NCBI GenBank assembly: GCA_963718615.1
Contig: OY970368.1
Location: forward strand, 3,488,001-3,552,000
Reading direction: 5' to 3'
Source: an uncultured cyanobacterium
GTDB taxonomy: Bacteria > Cyanobacteriota > Cyanobacteriia > PCC-9006 > JAAUQQ01
DNA: 64,000 bases
Every line of letters starts with the position of its first letter. The stretch's first letter is position 1. Below are positions 52,665 through 63,504 of the stretch, in pieces. The notes beneath the pieces were generated by a model. That model was given only the letters and a program-made list of their open reading frames with translations, was not told where the DNA came from and did no database searches. The translations under genes were made by a program, and so were the position numbers.

Positions 52665-54368
52665 ATGGTTGAAGAGAAAATTTATTTCAACGGAATCAAT
52701 GGCAGCACAGGCGAATACCTATTTCCCCCGCTGACTGCCGAGCAGCTTGCGCAAGTTGCGAGAGGTGAAGAATTTGAATCTTCAGAAATCACAGAGTTAA
52801 AACAAAAGAACCGGCGGGTCAAAGGTCTTGAGGTTGATTTCGCCCCTAAAGAAGGAATAGATCCTAAAGACCTTGCCCAAACAGGGTGGGGCGTCATTTT
52901 CTCTTATGATTCAGATCCGGCCATTAAACAAGCGCTTCAAGTGCTTTTGGATCATCGTAAGAGACAGGCTACTCAGAGACATGATCACTACTATCAAGAA
53001 TATGTCGGGGTTAAAGGATATCGACCTGGCGAATCAAAAAATCAGTTTTTAGCTCGGCACAAGGTTGGCCCTGGGCCGGCTGACCCAGATAAAATGCCCT
53101 ATTATTTGCTGATTGTAGGTGATCCAGACACGATTCCCTTTCGCTTTCAGCATCAGCTAGATGTGCAATATGCAGTAGGGCGTATCCATTTTGATACCCC
53201 AGCTGAATATGCTCAGTATGCCCGCAGTGTTGTCAAAGTAGAAACGGAAAATGTTGTTTTGGCTCGTCGAGCGCATTTCTTTGGGGTGCAAACAGAAGAT
53301 GATCCAGCAACTCAGCTCAGCGCTCAAAAACTAGTACAGCCACTTGCACAGTGGATGATTGAGGATCAAGGTGGAAGCAATTGGAGCGTAGAAACTACAC
53401 TAGGTAAAGCGGCGACAAAGGAGACCTTAGAAACGCTATTGGGCGGATCACAGACGCCAGCACTGCTGTTTACAGCGAGTCATGGCATGGGGTTTAGTAA
53501 CGGAGATCGCCGACAGATCTCCAAGCAGGGGGCTATTCTTTGTCAGGATTGGCCAGGGCCTAAGGCGTGGGAGACTAGACCTATCCCCGAAGATTATTAC
53601 TTTTCTTGCAATGATATTAGTGATAATGCCCGTCTTTTGGGGCTCATCTCTTTTCACTTTGCTTGCTATAGTGCCGGAACGCCTCAGTTCGATGAATTTT
53701 CCCATAGAGAAGCGTCAGAACAACGGCCAGAAATCGCACCACACGCCTTTATTTCAGCTTTGTCAAAGCGGTTGTTGAGTCATCCTCAAGGTGGTGCCCT
53801 CGCGGTGATTGGTCACATTGAACGAGCTTGGGGATGTTCGTTTGTGTGGGAAGATACTGGCGCTCAGTTAGCTGTTTTTGAGAGTACCTTAAAGCGGTTA
53901 CTCGAAGGTCACACCGTAGGCTCAGCGGTTGAGTATTTCAACGAGCGCTATGCAGAATTATCTTCTGATTTGAGTAGTGAGTTAGAAGAAATTAGATATG
54001 GTAAGACGTTTGAAGCCTCAGCCTTATCGAGTATGTGGACCGCTAACAATGATGCTCGGGGCTATGCGATTATCGGCGATCCGGCTGTAAAGCTTCCTAT
54101 GGGTGGCTCTACAGAGGATAGTTCTGTAGGCGAACGCTCTGTACGTCCAATAATAGGACCTTCACCGCAAGATTTCTCGGGTGCGATCATAACACCGACT
54201 CAACCCAGTGAATCGCTTTCCTCCGTCGAACAAGCACGAAACGATCTGAACCAAACCCTCGATCCCGTGATTAGCGCAATTCAACAAGGTCCTGTAGAGC
54301 GCAGCGTGCTACAGCAAGCACTATCAGCGACTATCAAACTTCTAGAAGCTCTAAATGAACAGCTCTAA
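52665..54368 (+). CDS. Gingipain-like C25 cysteine peptidase (caspase fold)
   Basis: YLLIVGD, AVGRI, TASHG, FACYS dyad, IIGDPA. Confidence 0.85.
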   Translation: MVEEKIYFNGINGSTGEYLFPPLTAEQLAQVARGEEFESSEITELKQKNRRVKGLEVDFAPKEGIDPKDLAQTGWGVIFSYDSDPAIKQALQVLLDHRKRQATQRHDHYYQEYVGVKGYRPGESKNQFLARHKVGPGPADPDKMPYYLLIVGDPDTIPFRFQHQLDVQYAVGRIHFDTPAEYAQYARSVVKVETENVVLARRAHFFGVQTEDDPATQLSAQKLVQPLAQWMIEDQGGSNWSVETTLGKAATKETLETLLGGSQTPALLFTASHGMGFSNGDRRQISKQGAILCQDWPGPKAWETRPIPEDYYFSCNDISDNARLLGLISFHFACYSAGTPQFDEFSHREASEQRPEIAPHAFISALSKRLLSHPQGGALAVIGHIERAWGCSFVWEDTGAQLAVFESTLKRLLEGHTVGSAVEYFNERYAELSSDLSSELEEIRYGKTFEASALSSMWTANNDARGYAIIGDPAVKLPMGGSTEDSSVGERSVRPIIGPSPQDFSGAIITPTQPSESLSSVEQARNDLNQTLDPVISAIQQGPVERSVLQQALSATIKLLEALNEQL

Positions 54369-54486
54369 AAATATGATTTGATATACCGTTAACAGAGAAA
54401 GTTCAGGGCACTTTGTGGTTCTGAGCTTTCTTGTATAAAAATCTGTATGAAATCTCAAAATCAATTCGTAAGGGAGCCGCGTTTAG

Positions 54487-57400
54487 ATGTCCGTATTTGA
54501 GATTACCATTCAGCGTAAAGTAGCAGACTACTATCCTATTGTCGCAAAATACAGTAGTCGTCCAGATGAGCCTGTCGAATTTTTACCTGTCTGGTCAGAA
54601 GGGAAGCTGCGACTTTCTCAAACAGACCATGACCATCTCTTCAGCCTGATAGGCCAACCCAGAGAGTATGGAACTTATTTAGGGCAATTACTCTTTAAAG
54701 ATAGTATTGGCAATGCTTTCGCAAGCGCCAGAGCAAGAAGTCCAGAGTGTTTGCGCCTGTTGCTGTTTCTTGAAACTAAAGAATCTGAGCTACAGACGCT
54801 GCGATGGGAGCGTCTATGTGCTCGTGGAGATGGCAATGAATGGAATTTCCTAAGGTGCGATCAGCGAGTTCCCTATTCGATTTATGTACCTTCTCTGGCA
54901 GCTCGTCGGTTTCCGCCTATTGGCCGATATGGTTTAAGGGCGCTAGTGTTAGTGGCCTCGCCCGAAAATTCAGAAGCATATGGACTCGCTGCTTTCGACG
55001 TTGAGGAGACGGTTGCAAGTGTTTGCGCCTCTTTGGGAAGTGTTCACTGTGATGTATTAGCTGATGTTGATGGTGCACTCGGACTGCCCACCATAGGCAA
55101 CCTCATGACCCATCTTACGAAAGAAACCTATACGTTTCTCCATATTGTTTGTCACGGGCGACAACGAGAGGATGTCAGTCTTTTTTTATCAGATGAACAT
55201 AACCAGGTTACGTATGTCAAGGGCAAAGAGTTAATTGAAAAGCTGAAAGATATAGAAGGTCTGCCTCACTTGACGTTCCTTTGCACCTGTGAAAGCGCCA
55301 AAGTTGATGATGATGGTGCCTTTGGTGGGTTCGCAGGGCAGTTAGTCAGAGATTTGGGAATGCCTGCAGTGGTGGCGATGACGGAGAAAATAACTGTCCG
55401 TACAGCCAAGAGGTTAGTCCAGGCGTTCTATCAACGGTTGATAGAAAATGGCGAAGTTGATTTAGCCTTAGATCAAGCAACCGCTTCAGTCAGTAGCCGA
55501 GATGATGTGTTGGTACCTGCTTTGTTCAGCCGTCTGGGCGGACGGCCCTTGTTTAGCGATACCCTTAATCGCTTACTGACACCGCGAGAAATTGATAACG
55601 GGTTAAAACGCTTGAAACGTCTACTAGAAGAGCGAGCACCTGTGCTAATTGAAGAGTTTGATATGCAGCAAAAGGCGCTAAGAGCAGAAGATAATGGGGT
55701 AATAGAGATATCCTCGCTGAATGAGTCTGCTCGCAATAAAGCACAGGCCGCTCTAGACGAACTGAATAAAATCTGTGGTGAAGTAGTGGGTATCAGCTTT
55801 AATGCTGTTGCCCTAAACAAAAAAGTATCGCAATACGATCCGCGCTGTCCGTTTCCTGGTTTAAGCCCTTTCACACTGCAAGATAAAGAATTCTTCTGCG
55901 GGCGTGAAGCGCTGGTCGATAGCTTAAAAACAAAACTGGAGAAGTCTCCCTTTTTAGTATTAGTAGGCCCCTCTGGAAGCGGTAAGTCATCGCTGGTATT
56001 GGCAGGCCTGGTTCCAGCCTTACAGAAAGCTCAACCTAACTTAAAATTGATTTATATAGTCTTGCGTAGCAATCCACTCCAGCAGCTAGAAGATTGTCTT
56101 TCAGAGGTGAAAGACCTCCCTTTTATATTAGTCCTAGAGGCGTTCGAGTTGCTATCTACGCTTTCTCTAGCTCCCGAAAAACAGAAAGAGTTTATCGAAA
56201 GACTGCTAGAGGTTGTTGATTCGCATCAGTCACAGCCTAAAGTTGTATTTACGGTGAGAAGAGAATTTTTGACTGACAGTATTCACCACAACACTCTATC
56301 AAACAGACAGATATCCGTTGAGAAAATTGAGCCAATGACTGCGGCAGAGCTGCGACTGGCTATGGAACAACAGGCTGCAAAGGTTGGCCTTAAATTTGAG
56401 GTTGGCCTGAGCAATACTATTTTAGATGATATAGAGGAAGAGCCTGGCTCAATGCCGCTTTTGCAACATGCGTTGAATCTGTTGTGGCAGAAGCGTCATG
56501 GGCAGTGGCTCATCAACAGCGAATATCAAAAATTTGGAGGTGTTAAAAAAGCGATCGCGAGCACTGCTGATAATTTCTATGAAAAGCTCTCTGAAGGAGA
56601 GCAAGCGCGAATGAAAAATATTTTTATTCGCCTGACGCGCCTAGATCCCGATGCTACAACGGGAAAAGATAGTCAAGATACCCGGCATCGGCGAGTTGCT
56701 TTGTCGGAATTAGTGCTGGCCGAAGGTGACCCGGAAAAGAGCCTGGTTCAAACCCAAGCACTTGTGAATAACTTAGCCGGAGACGCGGTGCGGTTAGTTC
56801 GTATAGAGATGTCGCAAGAGGGTAGTAATCATAAAATCGGCAGTGATGTGCAAGAAGTCGTAATGGCTCACAAAGCTTTGATCCACGACTGGTCCAAGCT
56901 AAGCCAATGGCTAGAAGAAAACCGAAGTTACTATCAACGTAGAGAAAAACTTAGCGAAGACGTCAGGCATTGGAGAAAGAATAAATGTCGAGCAGAAGAT
57001 CTGATTTCTCAACAAAAAACACTGGATGCAGCCAAGGAGCTAGGACGCCTTGGCTTTTTAAACGATGCAGAAGCAGAATGTGTAGAGAAATCACAACAAG
57101 CGCAGTTAAGAAAGTCTAGAGCGTATACGATCGGGGTGACAGGCGTTGCTGTGCTGCTGGCGGGTGTTTCTGTTTTTGCTTGCCGACAGCAAAAAGTCGC
57201 TGTTGAACAGAAAGGAATTGCTGAGATAGGCAAACAGATCGCTCAGCTAAAGGAACAGTCGGCGAGAGCTTCTAGCTGGATTTCTGAGGGTAAGTCTGCA
57301 CCGGGTCTAATGTTGTCTTTGGGGACACTCAGTCAAAGTGTTGAGAATGATCAGTATCCACCTGAGGTTGAGCTAAATGCCCAAGAGTCAGTGATAGATG

Positions 57401-59460
57401 CTGTACAACGTGCCCGTGAGAAGAATGTTTTGGAAGGGCACGAAAACAGCGTAAAGGCGATTGCCTACGATTCTAAAAATGACTACATTGTTACTGGAGG
57501 TGAGGACAATAGCTTAAAAGTTTGGGATGCTAAAACAGGAAAACTGTTAACAGCCAGAGTAAAGGCACACGATGATGCAATCTACACCGTTGTGTTTAGT
57601 CAGGATGGAAAACATCTCGTGAGCGCTGGAAAAGACAAAACATTGAACGTTTGGACGATTGAGCCGAGCGATGGCGATAGCCTAGCTAATAGGCAGACTC
57701 TTGACTCGATTAAGCTCTCGTTGAGAAACCGTATTCAGGGAGGCCATACTCAGCCAATACGTGCGGTTGCATTTAGTCCTGAGGGCGATCGTTTTGTCAG
57801 TGCCAGTGATGATCAAACATTACAACTCTGGAACGTTAAGTCAGGTAAGCCGATTGGTGAACGAATGAGAGGGCATACAAGTATTGTTTGGGCCGTAGCC
57901 ATTAGCCCTGATGGTACGCAGATTGCCAGTGGAAGTGTTGATAGAGCGATTAAAGTCTGGGATGGAAAGACCGGAGAGCTAACGTTTACAATCCCATTTG
58001 CGCATGAAGATAGCATATTTTCTATTGCTTTTAGCCCGGACAGCAAACGCATTGTCAGCGGCAGTGGGGACAGAAGTATTCGGGTGTGGGATGCCCGAAC
58101 CGGAGCTCCCATTGGATTTCCGCTACTCGGCCACGATGGTAAAATATATTCTGTGGCATTTATGCCCAATAATCAGACTATTGTAAGTACGGGCAGCGAT
58201 CGCACCATTCGTTTTTGGCATCCTGAAACTGCAACAGAAACGGGCAAAATTGTAGAAGCCCATAGTAGCTTAATCTGGGGACTTGCTTTAATGAATAACG
58301 GCAAGGAAATGGCGAGCGTCGGATCTGATAAAAAAATTCGGCTGTGGGATATCAACAACGATTTACCACTAGGTCAACCCCAGCGAACGCCTCACACGAA
58401 AGATATTTTGTCGATTGCGATCAGTCGTGATGGTGATCGAATCGTTAGCGTGGGTGAAGATACCAAGCTAATGATGTGGGATGTCTACACTCAAAAGCTT
58501 CTCTGGAAAATGCAAAACGTTCATGATGCGCCCATTCAATCAGTTGCTTTTAGCCCAACAGAAGCAAAGTTTGTCACTGCTAGCAGCGACGGCACCCTAA
58601 AGTTGTGGGATGCAACCGCTCAAAAAAACAGCATTTGGAGAACAAAGTCTAATCCAAGTCTTACCCGTAACCAGCGAGATATTTATACTGTAGCGTTTGC
58701 GCCAGATGGTAAAACCGTTGTCAGCGGCGGCAGAGATGGAAAACTAAGAATATGGGACGTAAGTACTGGCGATCAGAAAGTTGAATGGATTGCAGCCAAT
58801 GCAAAAAGCCCTATTCTTTCTGTTGCAGTGAGTCCCGATGGAAAATATATTGCGAGTGCTGGTGCTGATCACATTATTACGCTGCTGGATATGCATACAG
58901 GAGAGGTGATACAGCGTTTTCGCGGACATACTCAAGATATTTGGGCGATCGCATTCAGCCCGGATGGAAAATTGTTGGTTAGCGGCGGCAAGGACGACAC
59001 GCTGCGACTTTGGCAGATAGAAAAAGGCCAACAGATAGGGAAAGAACTCAAGGGTCACACGAATGATATTTCGACTGTCGCATTTAGCCCAACGGGTAAA
59101 CAAATTGCTAGCGGAAGCTTTGATAAAACCATACGCCTATGGGATATCCAAAACATTGAACAGGTAAAACCTTATGGACCACCCCTTATAGGCCATTTAG
59201 AAAGTATATGGTCTGTTCAGTTTATGCCAGATGGAAAGTCTATTGTCAGCGCCAGCGCAGATCTCACCTTGCGTAGATGGCCGAGTCACTGGTCTCAGTG
59301 GTCCAAAATGGCTTGCGAACGTTTAGAGAATCATCAGCTAATGAGTGACTCTCAGGAAAGTGCAAATATCGACAAAGATTTAGCAGAAATCTCTGGGGCG
59401 GCCAAAGAAGCCTGCGATCGCAAGTTTTGGCAGATAAAAGAGCGTGTCTCTATGCCGTAA
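54487..59460 (+). CDS. CHAT - nSTAND1-type NTPase - TM - WD40 protein
   Basis: LRWE, HIVCHG, LCTCES; CPFPGL, GPSGSGKSS, MPLLQHAL; hydrophobic segment; about 14 diverged WD40. Confidence 0.92.
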   Translation: MSVFEITIQRKVADYYPIVAKYSSRPDEPVEFLPVWSEGKLRLSQTDHDHLFSLIGQPREYGTYLGQLLFKDSIGNAFASARARSPECLRLLLFLETKESELQTLRWERLCARGDGNEWNFLRCDQRVPYSIYVPSLAARRFPPIGRYGLRALVLVASPENSEAYGLAAFDVEETVASVCASLGSVHCDVLADVDGALGLPTIGNLMTHLTKETYTFLHIVCHGRQREDVSLFLSDEHNQVTYVKGKELIEKLKDIEGLPHLTFLCTCESAKVDDDGAFGGFAGQLVRDLGMPAVVAMTEKITVRTAKRLVQAFYQRLIENGEVDLALDQATASVSSRDDVLVPALFSRLGGRPLFSDTLNRLLTPREIDNGLKRLKRLLEERAPVLIEEFDMQQKALRAEDNGVIEISSLNESARNKAQAALDELNKICGEVVGISFNAVALNKKVSQYDPRCPFPGLSPFTLQDKEFFCGREALVDSLKTKLEKSPFLVLVGPSGSGKSSLVLAGLVPALQKAQPNLKLIYIVLRSNPLQQLEDCLSEVKDLPFILVLEAFELLSTLSLAPEKQKEFIERLLEVVDSHQSQPKVVFTVRREFLTDSIHHNTLSNRQISVEKIEPMTAAELRLAMEQQAAKVGLKFEVGLSNTILDDIEEEPGSMPLLQHALNLLWQKRHGQWLINSEYQKFGGVKKAIASTADNFYEKLSEGEQARMKNIFIRLTRLDPDATTGKDSQDTRHRRVALSELVLAEGDPEKSLVQTQALVNNLAGDAVRLVRIEMSQEGSNHKIGSDVQEVVMAHKALIHDWSKLSQWLEENRSYYQRREKLSEDVRHWRKNKCRAEDLISQQKTLDAAKELGRLGFLNDAEAECVEKSQQAQLRKSRAYTIGVTGVAVLLAGVSVFACRQQKVAVEQKGIAEIGKQIAQLKEQSARASSWISEGKSAPGLMLSLGTLSQSVENDQYPPEVELNAQESVIDAVQRAREKNVLEGHENSVKAIAYDSKNDYIVTGGEDNSLKVWDAKTGKLLTARVKAHDDAIYTVVFSQDGKHLVSAGKDKTLNVWTIEPSDGDSLANRQTLDSIKLSLRNRIQGGHTQPIRAVAFSPEGDRFVSASDDQTLQLWNVKSGKPIGERMRGHTSIVWAVAISPDGTQIASGSVDRAIKVWDGKTGELTFTIPFAHEDSIFSIAFSPDSKRIVSGSGDRSIRVWDARTGAPIGFPLLGHDGKIYSVAFMPNNQTIVSTGSDRTIRFWHPETATETGKIVEAHSSLIWGLALMNNGKEMASVGSDKKIRLWDINNDLPLGQPQRTPHTKDILSIAISRDGDRIVSVGEDTKLMMWDVYTQKLLWKMQNVHDAPIQSVAFSPTEAKFVTASSDGTLKLWDATAQKNSIWRTKSNPSLTRNQRDIYTVAFAPDGKTVVSGGRDGKLRIWDVSTGDQKVEWIAANAKSPILSVAVSPDGKYIASAGADHIITLLDMHTGEVIQRFRGHTQDIWAIAFSPDGKLLVSGGKDDTLRLWQIEKGQQIGKELKGHTNDISTVAFSPTGKQIASGSFDKTIRLWDIQNIEQVKPYGPPLIGHLESIWSVQFMPDGKSIVSASADLTLRRWPSHWSQWSKMACERLENHQLMSDSQESANIDKDLAEISGAAKEACDRKFWQIKERVSMP

Positions 59461-59475
59461 CAGACAGCCTCAACC

Positions 59476-62400
59476 CTATTCCCAGGCATCTAGAGCATTG
59501 ACCCAATAATTGAGTAAGGCAATAACCTGGGATCGCCTAGCTTCAAAAGTCGCAGCGATCCAAATTAATAGCAATCCTAAAACAATGCCAATGGCCCACA
59601 AAAATAGCGAATAATCCTGAACAAATCGCCAAACCTGAATCAAAACCCTAAGCATAAACGTGAAAGTACCGATGTACAAAAAGGCGCGAATGCGAAGGGC
59701 AAGCCCCGCAAAGATGAACAGGAGGCTAAAGGCGATCGCCCCTAACCCCGCCCCAAAGGGACTCAAGTTTCCTAGGCCAATTTCTGCCTGATACATAGCC
59801 GTAAAGCAAACAATACTGGTTCCCAAAACCCGGAGCCAGTGACGCTGCTGGCGATCGGATTGCGCCTGGAGTTGAGGTTCAACCTGAGCAAAGTAGAGCA
59901 AACTACCGCCGCCTAGGAGTGCGTAAACCAAGGGTTCTGTGATGCTAAATTGATGCAAAATTCGCAGCATGGCCCAGTCGAGCAACACAATGCTGAGGTA
60001 GCTCAGCCGGACCTGACGGCGGTGCGTTGCCAAGCCTGCGTAGAAAGCGGCGACAATGAGTAATGCCTGAATTCTAATATCCCAGCTTGTCAGTAAGACG
60101 GTGATCATCGGCAACAACATCGCCCAGCGTCGCCAGGGGCGCAGATTCCAACCGAGGCGTTGCCACGGCAACCCGTAAAGCAACGCCGCGATCGGGCAGG
60201 CGATCGCCCCGGCCCATGCCAATAGGACCGGCCAAGGACACCCTAAATGGATCCCGTAGCCTAAGGCGGATAGCAGTTGTATAATCCCCAGATCCGTCCA
60301 GCCGGAGCCCGCCTGCCTGGCCTGCCCTAGGGCATGGAGTCCAAGCAGCACCAATCCTCCCATCCAAAGCAGGCCCCCCGTTCCACTCAAGGGCAACAGC
60401 AGGGCCAGCAGGGCCAAGCCGCTGCCGATCCCCCAGTGAATCTGGGCAAAGACCCGCAGTTCTCCTGTTTCCCAGCGCAGGTAGGGACGAAGCCAGCGGG
60501 AGCAGAGGCGATCGCCCCAGGCAATTCCCACCGCCAGTAGTGCTAACAACATGACCCCATCGCCCGCAGCACCTCCAGGAGATCGGGAGAGTTGGTAGAT
60601 CAAGAGTTCGTAGAACCCAATCGAGCTGAGAATGAGGCCAATGTAACTAAAGGGTTTGAGCGTCGGTCGCCGCCGACCGACGCCCACGCCAACAGCCGCA
60701 GCCGCTAGGGTCAACAAGCCTGTGGTAGCCGTGAAATGGTGATGACCGATGAGTCCTCCCAGAATGGCATAGAGGATCGGCACACTGTGCCCAGCGCCTA
60801 GAAACGCGGGCTGTGGACAATCGGGACGCGAATGGCGCTGGATTCGGGCCTGCCAAAAATCACCCAGCCAAAAATCACCTAAGCGTTGCAAGAGCACCGC
60901 AAAGCTGAGATAGGCGATCGCCAATCCAGTCGCCCCTTGTCCTGCAAGGTGTACAACGACGGCCATGAGTGAAGCTAAGGCGATCGCCCCTCCATGGGCA
61001 TTCCAATTATTCGGAGCTCGCCAACAACTTAAAGCTAAAGCCAGGGTAGGCAAAAACGCCACCCCAAAATAAAGCGTATCCTCCTCAAAAAAGCCAAAGA
61101 ATGAACTGTCAAAATAGGCAAACAGATTGAAGATGAGCAAACCCAATTGAAGCGGGATAAAGAGGGCGATCGCCCAACCATTAGCAGCCCGTCGATAGAG
61201 GCCAATCAGTTCAGATTGGCGAGTTTGCATTGCGGTCCAAAAGAACCACAGTCCAGCGGTTTCAATGGCCATCAACAAAAGCAGCGATTCCCCATTCCCA
61301 CCCAGCGCAAGGCTCCGCTCCACCCCATACCAACCGGTGGCTAATCCAAACCCGATGGCGATCGCCGCCACGGGAAGTTTGCGCAATTGTAAACTGTTGA
61401 TTCCGGTTAAAAGGGCTCCCAGCCCATAGCCCACAATGCGGTAGGGGGATAATCCTATGCTCATGACCTGGGCAAAAATCACGGCAAACACTGCAAGGGT
61501 TTGCGTCGTGCGAGGGCTCAAGCAACGAGGGGATCGAGCCATTAAAACCATAAAGGCGGGTGCAATCCACCAGGCCATTCCCAGGGCTGACCTCGGCGAA
61601 GCCAATGGTTCGACTAGCAACAAAACATAGCTCAAGCCTGCAAAGATAAAACCGAAGACCCAGGCACTGCGTCGCCAGAGAACAGGTCTTGCCGTTACCG
61701 TCTCGAACCGGTCCGCGAACAGCACCTCAAATATGGACTCCGGCAACACACTGAAGCTCCATTCTATCGCCATGGCACCGAGGGCAATGAATCCCCAAAT
61801 TAGGCGAGGGAGCCCTGACCAACCGATATGAATCCAGCTAAAAATAGCGCCCCAGACCAAGGCTTGAATGAGATAGACAACCCAATTCGGAACCGCTGGC
61901 CGCCGTCGAATTGAAACGCCTAACAGGATCGCAGAAAGCGTCAGATTGAGGGCGCGAATCAACGGATTAGCAACGCTAAAAAGGGTCAGCCCACAACCCA
62001 AGACAAAGGCAAGAAAATCAGCTTGGGTTGCCAGTTGAATCAAGTTTTGTCGCCGTAATCGTCGACTCCAAAGGGCAAACAGGATCAAATAGGGGAACAC
62101 CGTCACACCCACGATCGCAAACGGCATGCCTGCATCTCCCGCGATCGCCCCAATCTTCTCGACCCAGCCATCCCGCACCGTCAGTGGCACAAATCGTCGC
62201 GCCAACCAAATCCCTTGCAAGCCCACCAAAAAGATCAGCGTCAGATCCAGCGGTAGCCGCAACCGTTTTAGGCGATCGCCCAACAATCCCAACGCCAGCA
62301 CCGTCACGACCACCGGCTGCCCCGGCGGATCCACCCTCAGCGACACCGCCCAGCCCAAAACCATTAAGCCGTATCCTGCTGCCAACCACAAACCTTGGGT

Positions 62401-63399
62401 GGGTTGACGACGTGCGCGCCAAGCCAACACCGCACCACAGAGGCCCAGGGCTAATCCCAACTGCCAGAGGGGGATCTGAGCTGCCAGCAGCGCCCGTCCC
62501 ACCAGCAACAATGCGCCAAACAACAAATTTAAGGTGACAAACGAAGGGGTAGAACCTGAGTTAACGGCTGAATTGGCCCCCTGCGGATCTGCCGATTCCC
62601 CCTGGGCCTCCGCTTCCGAGTCAGCATAGACCGTGGCGATCGCCGTTCCCACCATGCCCGTATAGGTCGCCAACAGGGGCCAAATCGCCACCGCCCAGCC
62701 CCAATGGAGCAGACTGAGGGCGATCGCATTCGTCAAGACTAGCTTGGGATAAGGGGTTTGGTGAAGTCGCGGGCGCAATAGTTTCAGCAGGACAAGTGTG
62801 AGGGCGATCGCCCCTACGCCCGCAACGACCCAGCCCAGGGGCCAGCGCCAAAGTCCAAATCCATCCATGGCCCAAAAGTTAATCGGCACCAGCAACAACG
62901 TCACCCGCTGGAGCATTTTGGCCGTTAGCACCAGATTAGCCTGTCGTCCGGCCCAGAGTCCCGCCCCCCAAAAGGCCAGGGTATAGGTCAGCAGAACTAG
63001 ATATTGCCCCACAGCGGAGAAATTTTGCCACTGGCTGGCGGCCAAGACCGCTGAGGACACAACAACCAGAAAAACCCCTAGAAACAGCAACCACAGTACG
63101 CTGACTTCTTCCATCAAGGATTGCAGCCAGCGATTCAGCGGTGCGACGGGCCGGGGCAGAGAAGGCGCTAGAGCGATTGGCTCGGAAACGACTTTGGAGA
63201 CAACTACAGGAACGATCTCCTGAACTTCCTGTTCTGGCAACGGGCAACTGAGCTGTTCTTGAGCGATTTTTTGGACGAGAAAGTCAGAAATTAGGCCCAA
63301 CTTAACCCAAGCATCCAAGCCCTCCAGGAGATGAGGATCAGAGGCACGGGCATGAACGGTGATGGCAATTGTTCGGTCGAGGGGAGAGGCCATGGGCAA
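59476..63399 (-). CDS. Large polytopic membrane protein (DUF2157-like)
   Basis: LDAWVKLGLI N-terminus, WLLFLGVFLVV, many TMs; 1307 aa. Confidence 0.78.
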   Translation of the reverse strand: MPMASPLDRTIAITVHARASDPHLLEGLDAWVKLGLISDFLVQKIAQEQLSCPLPEQEVQEIVPVVVSKVVSEPIALAPSLPRPVAPLNRWLQSLMEEVSVLWLLFLGVFLVVVSSAVLAASQWQNFSAVGQYLVLLTYTLAFWGAGLWAGRQANLVLTAKMLQRVTLLLVPINFWAMDGFGLWRWPLGWVVAGVGAIALTLVLLKLLRPRLHQTPYPKLVLTNAIALSLLHWGWAVAIWPLLATYTGMVGTAIATVYADSEAEAQGESADPQGANSAVNSGSTPSFVTLNLLFGALLLVGRALLAAQIPLWQLGLALGLCGAVLAWRARRQPTQGLWLAAGYGLMVLGWAVSLRVDPPGQPVVVTVLALGLLGDRLKRLRLPLDLTLIFLVGLQGIWLARRFVPLTVRDGWVEKIGAIAGDAGMPFAIVGVTVFPYLILFALWSRRLRRQNLIQLATQADFLAFVLGCGLTLFSVANPLIRALNLTLSAILLGVSIRRRPAVPNWVVYLIQALVWGAIFSWIHIGWSGLPRLIWGFIALGAMAIEWSFSVLPESIFEVLFADRFETVTARPVLWRRSAWVFGFIFAGLSYVLLLVEPLASPRSALGMAWWIAPAFMVLMARSPRCLSPRTTQTLAVFAVIFAQVMSIGLSPYRIVGYGLGALLTGINSLQLRKLPVAAIAIGFGLATGWYGVERSLALGGNGESLLLLMAIETAGLWFFWTAMQTRQSELIGLYRRAANGWAIALFIPLQLGLLIFNLFAYFDSSFFGFFEEDTLYFGVAFLPTLALALSCWRAPNNWNAHGGAIALASLMAVVVHLAGQGATGLAIAYLSFAVLLQRLGDFWLGDFWQARIQRHSRPDCPQPAFLGAGHSVPILYAILGGLIGHHHFTATTGLLTLAAAAVGVGVGRRRPTLKPFSYIGLILSSIGFYELLIYQLSRSPGGAAGDGVMLLALLAVGIAWGDRLCSRWLRPYLRWETGELRVFAQIHWGIGSGLALLALLLPLSGTGGLLWMGGLVLLGLHALGQARQAGSGWTDLGIIQLLSALGYGIHLGCPWPVLLAWAGAIACPIAALLYGLPWQRLGWNLRPWRRWAMLLPMITVLLTSWDIRIQALLIVAAFYAGLATHRRQVRLSYLSIVLLDWAMLRILHQFSITEPLVYALLGGGSLLYFAQVEPQLQAQSDRQQRHWLRVLGTSIVCFTAMYQAEIGLGNLSPFGAGLGAIAFSLLFIFAGLALRIRAFLYIGTFTFMLRVLIQVWRFVQDYSLFLWAIGIVLGLLLIWIAATFEARRSQVIALLNYWVNALDAWE

Positions 63400-63504
63400 T
63401 TCTCCGCGAGCGAGGAAGTTGCCTTAGGATGCGTTATCGTTCGGGGAACTGACTATCGTCGGGGTGACAGTTTGGCAACTGATTAAGTTCCGGAAAGCGC
63501 AGGG

